A DNA stretch of 41,875 nt from Verrucomicrobiota bacterium (lineage in GTDB: Bacteria; Verrucomicrobiota; Verrucomicrobiia; Limisphaerales; CANJXF01), in NCBI GenBank assembly GCA_038316905.1, contig JBBQAX010000003.1:1-41875 (forward strand), given 5' to 3'. Position 1 is the first letter of the stretch; each line of letters starts with the position of its first letter. The notes beneath the pieces are model-generated. The model was not told where the DNA came from and did not search any database. It saw only the letters and a program-made list of their open reading frames with translations. Made by a program: the position numbers and the translations under genes. Shown piece by piece: positions 1 to 8,622 of this stretch.

Positions 1-1131
1 CCGAACACGAAGGAACAGATCGCGAATTACGACGTGATTTTCCTCGGCGACGTCGGCATCGGCGACGGCGAACTCACGGAAGAAAATGCCGAACTCATCA
101 AAGGTTTGGTGGAACAACAATCGAGCGGATTGATTTTTCTGCCGGGCCGACGCGGACGTCAGGCCACTTTTTTGAAAAGCCCTTTGGCTGATTTGTATCC
201 CGTCGTGCTCGATGAATCCAAAAATCAAGGCGTCGGTTTGCAAAACGAATCGCAGCTTCTGCTTTCGTCGCTGGGGAAAAACCATCTACTCACGCGCTTC
301 GACTCCGACGAAAATCGCAACGACGAATTGTGGAAATTGCTTCCCGGATTTTATTGGTCGGCGGGCGTGGAGAAAAGCCGTCCCGGTTCCGACGTGTTGG
401 CCGTTCATTCCTCGCTGCGAAATTCCTTTGGCCGTATGCCGTTGCTCGCCACGCGCGCCGCTGGAACCGGCAAAGTTCTTTTCATGGGCAGCGACAGCGC
501 GTGGCGTTGGCGGCGCGGTGTGGAGGATAAATTTCATTATCGCTTCTGGAGCCAGGTCGTCCGCTGGATGGCGCATCAACGGCATTTGTCGGAAAAGGAA
601 GGCATTCGCTTGAGTTACAGCCCCGAAACGCCGCACGTCGGCGACACCGTTTTTCTGCAAGGAACGGTTTTGGACCTGAGCGGATTTCCGGCCGAAAACG
701 AAATCGTCACCAGCAAAATTATTTCGCCAAATAACCGCAGTGAACGATTGGAATTTTCCCCGCTTGAAGGCGGTTGGGGCGTTTTCAAATCGAGCTTCAT
801 TGCGCAAGCCGGAGGCAAATACAAAATCCAAATGACCGCCGAGAAAAACTTGCGCTCGCTCGAAACTGAAATTCTCGTCCGCCAACCCGTGCGCGAGAAA
901 ATCGGCCAACCGGTGAACAGCCAAATCCTGCGCGAGATCGCCAACCTCACCGGCGGCGCCAGCGTCTCCTATGAAGACCTCGAAAAAATAGTGCAGAAAA
1001 TTTCTTTATTGCCGGAACCTAAACCCATTGAGAAACGGATTCGTCTTTGGTCTAGTCCGTGGTGGGGCGGGTTAATTTTATTCCTCCTCGCGATTTATTG
1101 GACGGGTCGCAAGCTGGCTGGAATGGTGTAG
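1..1131 (+). CDS. Membrane protein with class I glutamine amidotransferase-like domain and C-terminal TM anchor (5'-partial; PVC VWA/BatA-cluster type)
   Basis: Frame is open from base 1 (PNTKEQIANYDVIFLGDV). It contains 'GTGKVLFMGSDSAWRWR' and 'YRFWSQVVRW', then 'LREIANLTGG' and a terminal helix 'WSSPWWGGLILFLLAIYWTGRK', all typical of this family. Confidence 0.7.
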   Translation, partial: PNTKEQIANYDVIFLGDVGIGDGELTEENAELIKGLVEQQSSGLIFLPGRRGRQATFLKSPLADLYPVVLDESKNQGVGLQNESQLLLSSLGKNHLLTRFDSDENRNDELWKLLPGFYWSAGVEKSRPGSDVLAVHSSLRNSFGRMPLLATRAAGTGKVLFMGSDSAWRWRRGVEDKFHYRFWSQVVRWMAHQRHLSEKEGIRLSYSPETPHVGDTVFLQGTVLDLSGFPAENEIVTSKIISPNNRSERLEFSPLEGGWGVFKSSFIAQAGGKYKIQMTAEKNLRSLETEILVRQPVREKIGQPVNSQILREIANLTGGASVSYEDLEKIVQKISLLPEPKPIEKRIRLWSSPWWGGLILFLLAIYWTGRKLAGMV

Positions 1132-1294
1132 CCAAGACAAGGGCCAGTCTTAACTTTGAATGTAGCCACAAGTGTCGTACATAAAAGCAGGACGCCCTAA
1201 CATGCGGAGAACCATCGACGACGCCGATGGTTGTGTGCCACTGGATGTTGCCACCAAGCCTTCTTTAAAGGAGAAAAAGCTGCTTTTAACTGGA

Positions 1295-1370
1295 TGGTGG
1301 AGCCTAGGGGATTCGAACCCCTGACCTTCTCATTGCGAACGAGACGCTCTACCAACTGAGCTAAGACCCC
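1295..1370 (-). tRNA. tRNA-Ala (anticodon CGC)
   Basis: Reverse complement is GGGGTCTTAGCTCAGTTGGTAGAGCGTCTCGTTCGCAATGAGAAGGTCAGGGGTTCGAATCCCCTAGGCTCCACCA: 76-nt cloverleaf, G3:U70 alanine identity pair, loop TT-CGC-AA, GTTCGAAT T-loop, encoded CCA. Confidence 0.97.
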
Positions 1371-1487
1371 ATCCAAGTGCGTAAACTATGGAATAAAAAA
1401 TATCTCAGGCAAGCGGAAAGAGCAGCGCCTGGATCCGAATTCGGGACCGAGATATTCAACTTAGATTTGCCGCAATTAGAGAGGCGT

Positions 1488-3596
1488 TCAACAGCACTTC
1501 TCGAGGCTCTGAGCGTTATTCAGTCGTTCATCTGTTATCCCTGGGCCGTCCAGGCATTCGCGAACAATCTGCGTCAGCTTGTTGATCGAATAGGGTTTGG
1601 GCAAAAAGTTACTGCCTTGCAACAACGAAGCGTCTTTGCCTGCCATGCCGGGACTGTAACCGCTGGTGTAAATCACTTTTAGATTAGGGGAGCGGCCGAC
1701 AAGGCTTTCCGCGAGTTCTCGCCCCATGATGCCTCCCGGCATCACCATGTCGGTCATCAAAAGATCGATCGGACGATTGGCGCGTTCCCACACGGCGATT
1801 GCATCCGACCCAGAGCCTGCTTCGAGCACATAATAACCCTGGATGCGAAGAACCTGGACGACCATTTCGCGCAACGCTTCTTCATCTTCTGCGACGAGAA
1901 TAGTTTCGCGACCACTGCGCATGGCGGTATCGATCGCTGGATCAATTTTTTTCGCAATTTGTTGGGTTGCCGGAAAATAAACTCGAAAGGTTGTGCCACG
2001 ATTTGGTTGGCTTTCGACTTCGAGCCATCCGTGATGTTGGCGCACAATCCCGAAGACGGTGGAAAGCCCCAGGCCAGTTCCTTTGCCTACAGGTTTGGTG
2101 GTAAAAAACGGTTCGAAGATCTTGCTGAGAATTTGCGTATCCATTCCAACACCCGTGTCGCTGAAAGTCAGGCAAACGAACTCGCCCTCCCGTTTTTCAG
2201 GATCAATCGGTGTGGGTGCGCGATGAATCATCTCAAGTGATGTTGTGATCGTGACTTTGCCACCGTTTGGCATCGCATCCCTTGCGTTAACAGCCAGATT
2301 CATCGCGATTTGCTCGATCATGCTTGGATCTGCATGGATGGCGGCGAGCGAGGGCTGCGGTCGGAAATCAATCTGGACGTGTTCCCCTACCAGACGTTCG
2401 AGCATCTTTATGGCGTTGCCCATTGAATCATTCAGATCCAGAGGCCGAAATTGCATGACTTGTTTTCGGCTGAACATGAGCAATTGCCGGATCAATGTCG
2501 CCGCGCGATCTGCAGCTTTTGAAATTTGTTCCAACGAACCGGGCTGCGGGTTGCCACCATTTAATTTTTGGAGCAGGAGTCCGGCGTGCCCCTTGATGAC
2601 AGTCAGGATGTTATTGAAATCATGGGCAACACCAGCGGCCAATTGTCCGATGACTTCCATTTTTTGAGCTTGCCGGAGTTGCCTCTCCAAAAGGGCACGT
2701 TCCGCCACGTCCTGCGCCAGTAAAAGCAAATGGGGATGTCCGCCCAAGGCGACGGGAGACATCGAGACCAGCACTTCGTGTAAGGCACCTGCTTGAGAAC
2801 GAATCTTTGTTTCCTGATCACGAACTCGTTCCTGGCGTAACAAACTCTCAATCCATTGATCAGAGAGTTCAGGCTTTTCCCAGAGAAATAACTCTGCGGG
2901 CGTGCTTCCAATCATGTCTTCTCGTTTGTAACCGGAGATTTCGGCGAGACGCTGATTGACATCCACGAACCTTTGATCGATCAAATTCTGAATACCGCTG
3001 GGCAGGGGACTTTCATGAAAGGCCTTGGAGAAGCGTTCTTCGGACATCGCCAATGATTCGTTCGCTTTCGCCAACTCCGCCATTTGCATGGCGGACTGAT
3101 GGTTGAGCAGCCACTTCTTCGTCAAGGCATGAGCCATCTGCTGAACTTCGATTTTGTCGAACGGTTTCTTCAGCACCAGAAGACTATCCGGTTGCCCGAC
3201 TCTGGCCCGCATTTCTTCCCAGGCATAATCTGAATAGGCGGTGCAGACGACGACCTGAAGTTGCGGATAGATCTCCCAAATGCGGGCAATTGTTTCAACA
3301 CCATCCCAGCCCGGGGGCATTCGCACATCTACGAATGCCATGGCGTAAGGTCGGTTCTCCGCGAGCGACTTCTTCACCAATTCGAGCGCTTCCTGACCTT
3401 GATAAGCCGAATCCAATTCAAAGCATTCCTGGCTCGGAGCTGGTGCCGGGGTATCGAACAGCAGCGCGCCCATTTTCTTTACGGCAGTTTTGCGGACATT
3501 TTCGCCGCAAAGAATCTTTCGGAAATCAGCGTGAATGCTGTGGTTGTCATCCACGATCAGGATGCGTCGGTTTGCCTTGAGTTCAGCGCTGTTCAT
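1488..3596 (-). CDS. Hybrid sensor histidine kinase/response regulator (REC-PAS-HisKA-HATPase-REC)
   Basis: ATG at 3596 ([18 protein letters not shown]). N-terminal REC ([11 protein letters not shown]), PAS (FVDVNQRL), H-box [10 protein letters not shown]-box [11 protein letters not shown]-boxes DTGVGM and [10 protein letters not shown]-terminal REC (ILVAEDE...TDMVMPGG...KP). Confidence 0.92.
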   Translation of the reverse strand: MNSAELKANRRILIVDDNHSIHADFRKILCGENVRKTAVKKMGALLFDTPAPAPSQECFELDSAYQGQEALELVKKSLAENRPYAMAFVDVRMPPGWDGVETIARIWEIYPQLQVVVCTAYSDYAWEEMRARVGQPDSLLVLKKPFDKIEVQQMAHALTKKWLLNHQSAMQMAELAKANESLAMSEERFSKAFHESPLPSGIQNLIDQRFVDVNQRLAEISGYKREDMIGSTPAELFLWEKPELSDQWIESLLRQERVRDQETKIRSQAGALHEVLVSMSPVALGGHPHLLLLAQDVAERALLERQLRQAQKMEVIGQLAAGVAHDFNNILTVIKGHAGLLLQKLNGGNPQPGSLEQISKAADRAATLIRQLLMFSRKQVMQFRPLDLNDSMGNAIKMLERLVGEHVQIDFRPQPSLAAIHADPSMIEQIAMNLAVNARDAMPNGGKVTITTSLEMIHRAPTPIDPEKREGEFVCLTFSDTGVGMDTQILSKIFEPFFTTKPVGKGTGLGLSTVFGIVRQHHGWLEVESQPNRGTTFRVYFPATQQIAKKIDPAIDTAMRSGRETILVAEDEEALREMVVQVLRIQGYYVLEAGSGSDAIAVWERANRPIDLLMTDMVMPGGIMGRELAESLVGRSPNLKVIYTSGYSPGMAGKDASLLQGSNFLPKPYSINKLTQIVRECLDGPGITDERLNNAQSLEKCC

Positions 3597-3615
3597 TATT
3601 TGCCTTTGTTTTCGA

Positions 3616-5577
3616 TCAAATCTTCTCTCCGATCGTTTTGCTAATCGGTAGTTCCAAAATAAATTCTGCACCCATTCCGGGGCCTCCACTGCGCGCGGTC
3701 AAATTGCCGCCCATTTCCCGGGCTGCATTCGCTCCGCTGTGAAGACCAAAACCGTGTCCCTCTTTTTTGGTCGTGAAACCATGATTGAAAATTTTGGTCA
3801 TGTGCTCCGCGGGGATCCCCAATCCATTGTCGCGAACCGATATCTCCACCATGCCAGCCGCAGTCGTGCCGACGCGAATAAGCATGTCTCTCTCGTGCCC
3901 TCTGACATCTTCCATCGCGTGCTTCGCATTGCGCAGAAGGTTGATCAGGATTTGCAGCACCTTATGCCGATCCATGCACACTTTCGGCGTTTTCGGGTCG
4001 AACTCACGGATCAAATTGATCTGGTGCCGTTCAAAAGCGGCGACATTCATGCGCAACGCATCTTCCACCAAATCGGCGGCTGACAGATTTTCGAAGACGC
4101 CGGAAACTTTCGCGTAACTTTGCTGCATGGCGACAATCTCCTTGATGTGTTCGATATTCTTTCCGACGGAACTCATTTCAGAAATCAATTCGGCTTGTTC
4201 GGCAACCAATTCCTCTGCGACCGAGCCTAAGAATTCCGGAATCAATTTTCCTTTGGGATCCGTCGTGATGAATTCCGCCATGCGCCCGTTTTGTTCGAGC
4301 AACATCGTTGTCGCGCGTCGCAGATCGCCGACGTTCGAGGAACGCAAACGTTCCGCCACTAAGTTTGCAGAAACGCTCACGCTGTTCAGCACGTTGCCGA
4401 CATTGTGGAGAACGCCCGTGGCCACGTCAGCCATACCGGCGTGACGGGAAGTATCCATCAATTGACGATTCAATTTGTCGAGTTGCTCGGCATCGAGCTT
4501 TTGCTGGGTGATGTCCTGGAAAATTCCGCGGACTGCGACCGGTTGCCCTTTTTCGACCAAAACCGTGCCGCTTTCGCGAATCCAAACGACTCGATTGTCT
4601 GAGGCAAGCATCCGGTATTCGTGAGTGTAAGGCTGGCCCCGGCCCGCCATCTCATTGGCGGCGTGAACGGCTTTTGCCATATCTTGCGGATGAAGTTTTT
4701 CTTCCCAGAAATGTGGATTGTCCAACCACGCTTGCGGCTGATAGCCGAGGATTTGCTCACTTTGCCGACTGACGAACGTGAAATTAAACGTGTCCGGCGA
4801 TCGTTCCCAGACCACGCCATCGATAGAGTGAATCAAAGCTTCCATCTTTTGTTGGGAAAGACTGATCGCGGCATCCTGGCTTTCGATGCGACTGAGCATT
4901 TCGTTGAACGATTCCGCGAGTTGACCCAATTCATCGCCATGACTGCTCACGACGGCTCGCACGGAGTAGTTCTTTTCCTCGCCGACGGTTCTCGCGGTTT
5001 GCGCCAAAGCCAAAATGGGGTGAGTAATCGCGCGGCCTAATCTGCCCGAAAGGAAAACGGCCAAAAGGATGGAAACGATCAAAATCGCAAGAATGACCTG
5101 AGCATAAAATCCAAGTAATTCCTTAAAGGTGCTGTGATAATCGGTTCTAAGGTAAAGCGTTCCTTTTTGCTCACCTTTCCAGAGAACCGGTTGGGTGAGA
5201 AGCAGATGCTCTCCCACAAAACGGGGCTCCCCTGGAGGCGGAAATTGTAACAAGGTTCCGGCGTTCTCAGTTTGTCCAAAATGCGCGAAAAGGTCGCCTC
5301 CCGGAATTGCCAGGGTCGCGGATAAGACGGTGGGCTTTGCCTTTAAAGAGCCGATTACTTCGGTCGCCTCAGCTTCGTTGAAGAAAGCAAGCGTGCCTGC
5401 GCTGTTGTTCGCCACGATGACGGCGAGCGTTGAATTGTCCCGTTGGAAATTGGAGCGGAAGTTTAAGACCTGAAAAATGAAAAGAGCCGCAATCGCGAAT
5501 AAGAGAACCGCGCCGCAAATCAGCAGGGTCATCTCCAGCATTTTCCGTTGAATAGGAAAGTTCCGCAGTCGTTTCAT
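3616..5577 (-). CDS. Membrane sensor histidine kinase (CHASE8-like periplasmic domain, HAMP, PAS, HisKA, HATPase)
   Basis: Two TM helices around a YfiN-like periplasmic region (VIVANNSAGTLAFFNEAEATEVIGSL), HAMP (DELGQLAESFNEML), PAS_3 (LHPQD...EYRM...WIRE), H-box GVLHNVGNVLNS, NLLRNA, DNGLGI, GHGFGL. Confidence 0.9.
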   Translation of the reverse strand: MKRLRNFPIQRKMLEMTLLICGAVLLFAIAALFIFQVLNFRSNFQRDNSTLAVIVANNSAGTLAFFNEAEATEVIGSLKAKPTVLSATLAIPGGDLFAHFGQTENAGTLLQFPPPGEPRFVGEHLLLTQPVLWKGEQKGTLYLRTDYHSTFKELLGFYAQVILAILIVSILLAVFLSGRLGRAITHPILALAQTARTVGEEKNYSVRAVVSSHGDELGQLAESFNEMLSRIESQDAAISLSQQKMEALIHSIDGVVWERSPDTFNFTFVSRQSEQILGYQPQAWLDNPHFWEEKLHPQDMAKAVHAANEMAGRGQPYTHEYRMLASDNRVVWIRESGTVLVEKGQPVAVRGIFQDITQQKLDAEQLDKLNRQLMDTSRHAGMADVATGVLHNVGNVLNSVSVSANLVAERLRSSNVGDLRRATTMLLEQNGRMAEFITTDPKGKLIPEFLGSVAEELVAEQAELISEMSSVGKNIEHIKEIVAMQQSYAKVSGVFENLSAADLVEDALRMNVAAFERHQINLIREFDPKTPKVCMDRHKVLQILINLLRNAKHAMEDVRGHERDMLIRVGTTAAGMVEISVRDNGLGIPAEHMTKIFNHGFTTKKEGHGFGLHSGANAAREMGGNLTARSGGPGMGAEFILELPISKTIGEKI

Positions 5578-5826
5578 ACGTTAAAAGGGCGCAACTGATG
5601 AAAAAGAACGTTCGATCGTTCAAGTCGCGGGTGACTCACACTTCTTGAGATGTCGTTCGAATATTTCATTTCTGTCCTGTTTTATATATCCAGCGTCACA
5701 CTGCGGCTCACTTGACCCTGAATATTGCACCGGCATTGAGCTTTAACGCCAAACTTCGAGATCTGGTTAGCGATTTTTGTTCCAAGCAGAGAAGAGGCAT
5801 TCGGGGTTGAAACAAGCAAGAGCGCC

Positions 5827-6372
5827 CTATCGGCTGGAGGGGAGAGCCAGACTTAACAACTTGGAACTCATCTTCAACCCGACGGCTTTCGCGGCTTCCT
5901 CGTTGATCTGAAATCGAATTTTCTTTGCTTCCTCCACGAAGTTCACCATGCCTCCGGAATCGGTGAATTGCCCGGTTTCGCTCACCGTCAGGATGCTGAT
6001 TCCAGCAAGCGTTTTGATGATTTCAGGGATGTTTTCCTTTTCTGAGCTACAGATAAAGAGAAGGTGGCACTTGCTGGCTTCCGCCACCGTTTTAAACGCC
6101 TGAACACTAATGGGATGGCCGTTAACTTCTTTGTCGGTCACCGTGCGTTCGAGGAAATTCCCGAACGGATTTTGCCCTAAAACTCCAATTACGAATGGAG
6201 ACTTTTCAGACGGAAATGACTGCAGGGGCCAATCGATGAATTTGGCGAAATTGTAGAGAAAAGCCGCTTTTAGTTGGTACTCGGTGGGCCCCGTTTGGGC
6301 CTTTGCTGGAAAAACAGATGCCAGCCAGAGCGCGATGAGCACAGCAAAATTTATAATTCTGCGAACAGGCAT
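5827..6372 (-). CDS. yfiR: YfiR/HmsC family periplasmic regulator (DUF4154)
   Basis: Signal peptide, then 'EYQLKAAFLYNFAKFIDWP', 'CHLLFI', 'GGMVNF', 'IRFQIN...GLKMSSKLLSLA', the diagnostic YfiR-family motifs. Confidence 0.9.
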   Translation of the reverse strand: MPVRRIINFAVLIALWLASVFPAKAQTGPTEYQLKAAFLYNFAKFIDWPLQSFPSEKSPFVIGVLGQNPFGNFLERTVTDKEVNGHPISVQAFKTVAEASKCHLLFICSSEKENIPEIIKTLAGISILTVSETGQFTDSGGMVNFVEEAKKIRFQINEEAAKAVGLKMSSKLLSLALPSSR

Positions 6373-6554
6373 GGGCTATTGAAAGAATATGGCGGATGTT
6401 TCGCTCATCAAGCTCGCTTGTTTCATCTTCCTAGACCAAAGGAAGCGCAAGACAAAGTTCGCAATTATGCCCTGATATTTTGTGGAATACAGCGGCAAGT
6501 TGATAAAACCGCTTGCCAATAGGAGATGAAGGCTCATTCTCTCGAGGGACGAGC

Positions 6555-8588
6555 ATGAATCCACGCGGTTTCTCCTTTTTACATCCCACTTTTGGCAGAT
6601 TTATTTTTTGTAAAGGCTGTTGTGTATTCACGGCGTCGTTTTTGTCCCTCCAAGTCTTGACCTGTTCAGCAGAAACCAATCCAAACGAGCCTGTCCTCGA
6701 TTTGTCTGAGCTTTCTTTGGAATCTTTGATGGAGTTTGAGGTTCCAACCGTTTACGGCGCTTCCCGTTTTGAACAGAAATCAACCGAAGCGCCTTCCTCC
6801 GTCACCGTAATTTCTTCTGAAGAAATCAAGCGATTTGGATACCGGACGGTGGCTGATGTTTTGCAAAGCGTCCAAGGGTTCCACGTTTCCTATGACCGCA
6901 ATAACGCATTTTTGGGCGCGCGCGGCGTCAGCCTCGGTGATTTCAATAGCCGGATTCTGTTGTTGGTCGATGGCCATCGCGTGAATAATAACCTGACCGA
7001 TGGAGCATTGATCGACACCGCTTTCATCCTTGATATTGACCTGATTGAACGCGTTGAAATCATTCGCGGGCCAGGATCAGTCCTTTACGGGAACAACGCA
7101 TTCTTCGGAGTGATTAACGTCATTACGCGTCAGGGTAAAAGTGTGAATGGCACCGAAGTTTCTGGTGAACATGCTACGTTCGACACCTGGAAAGGCCGCG
7201 TCACGGTTGGACACTCCTTCACCAATGGTGTGCAATTCCTCATCTCAGGGACGGCTTATGAGAGCGATGGCGAAGGGAAACTTTTCTTCGAGGAATTCAA
7301 CACGCCGGCCCAGAATAACGGAGTGGCGCGAGACATGGACCATGATTCTTTCGAAAGCGTTTTTGGCACAATAAGCTACCGGGATTTTACATTGCAGGGT
7401 GCTTTCGTCACCCGTGAAAAGGTGAATCCCACGGCTCAATTCTTTTCGACCTTCAACGATCGCCGTTTGCGCACGGTGGATGAACGAAGCTATGCAAATT
7501 TAAAATACGCCCATAATTTCCCGGAAATCGTGGACGTTACCGCCCGCGTCTATTACGACCGAAACGACTTTGAAATCGGTTACCCAATCGCTCCTTTGTT
7601 GTTCAAAGAGGAGCAGAAAGGCGAGTGGTGGGGAGCCGAGCTACAATTCAACAAAAAGCTCATGGAACGGCATGTCTTGACGATGGGATTCGAGTATCGG
7701 GACGACTTTCGTCAAAGCAACCAAATCTCTGACCAGAACACTGGGCAAGTTTTCACTGATGTTCATCAGACCCGCCAAAGTCACGGGATGTATCTCCAGG
7801 GTGATTTTGCCATACTCACAAATCTTCACTTCAACGTAGGCGGACGTTACGATCAATACGGAGATTTCGATCCGGCGTTCAATCCTCGGTTAGCGTTGAT
7901 CTACAATCCTATTCCGGGCTCCACGCTCAAATTTCTTTACGGCACGGCGTTTCGCGCCCCGAACTTTCTGGAATTGAGTGACTCACGTTTTCAAGACATC
8001 AGCCCGGAAGAGATCACTTCCTATGAAACAGTATATGAACAGGAAATTGGCCGAAATCTGCGGTCCTCAATTTCGGGGTTTTACAATGAAATGGACGATC
8101 TGATCGTGTTGGAGAACGGTAATTTCACGAACTTTAACGCGGAAGCTCTTGGAATGGAGATGGCGCTGACCGGTTCCTGGACGAACGGCATTCGCACTCG
8201 GCTTAGCTACACTCTTCAAAAAGTTGAGGATCAATCCGGCAATCGCGATCTGCCAGATTCACCACAACAACTTATAAAACTCAACGTCAGTGTGCCGGTT
8301 TATAAGCAGAAGGTTTTCGCCGGTTTGGAATATCAATATACCAGCAGCCGACACACCCTGCGCACGACCACTACGGGGAGCACGTTAGCTGGCGAAGACA
8401 CCTCCGGTTTCGGGGTGCTGAACTTCACGCTTTTCAGCCAGAACATCATCGAGAATCTCGATTTCTCCGCCAGCATTTATAATCTGCTGGATACCAACTA
8501 TTCAGACCCGGCCACCCGTTTCCACGTCCAGGACAAAATTCAACGTGATGGACGCACCTTCCGCGTGAAATTGACCTATCGTTTTTGA
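6555..8588 (+). CDS. TonB-dependent outer-membrane receptor (YfiR-associated subfamily)
   Basis: ATG at 6555 after GAGGGA. 'DLSELSLESLMEFEV...APSSVTVISSEEI', plug motif 'IERVEIIRGPGSVLYGNNAFFGVINVIT', beta-barrel, C-terminus 'GRTFRVKLTYRF' ending in Phe. Confidence 0.93.
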   Translation: MNPRGFSFLHPTFGRFIFCKGCCVFTASFLSLQVLTCSAETNPNEPVLDLSELSLESLMEFEVPTVYGASRFEQKSTEAPSSVTVISSEEIKRFGYRTVADVLQSVQGFHVSYDRNNAFLGARGVSLGDFNSRILLLVDGHRVNNNLTDGALIDTAFILDIDLIERVEIIRGPGSVLYGNNAFFGVINVITRQGKSVNGTEVSGEHATFDTWKGRVTVGHSFTNGVQFLISGTAYESDGEGKLFFEEFNTPAQNNGVARDMDHDSFESVFGTISYRDFTLQGAFVTREKVNPTAQFFSTFNDRRLRTVDERSYANLKYAHNFPEIVDVTARVYYDRNDFEIGYPIAPLLFKEEQKGEWWGAELQFNKKLMERHVLTMGFEYRDDFRQSNQISDQNTGQVFTDVHQTRQSHGMYLQGDFAILTNLHFNVGGRYDQYGDFDPAFNPRLALIYNPIPGSTLKFLYGTAFRAPNFLELSDSRFQDISPEEITSYETVYEQEIGRNLRSSISGFYNEMDDLIVLENGNFTNFNAEALGMEMALTGSWTNGIRTRLSYTLQKVEDQSGNRDLPDSPQQLIKLNVSVPVYKQKVFAGLEYQYTSSRHTLRTTTTGSTLAGEDTSGFGVLNFTLFSQNIIENLDFSASIYNLLDTNYSDPATRFHVQDKIQRDGRTFRVKLTYRF

Positions 8589-8622
8589 GATCGGTATTCG
8601 CCAGCCATTTCTGCTGCACCCA

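Noticed and set aside
3597-3689. Extended N-terminus (MEAPEWVQ...) of the hybrid kinase in the ORF track
   Set aside because: It overlaps the upstream kinase in another frame; the REC domain starts just after the ATG at 3596.
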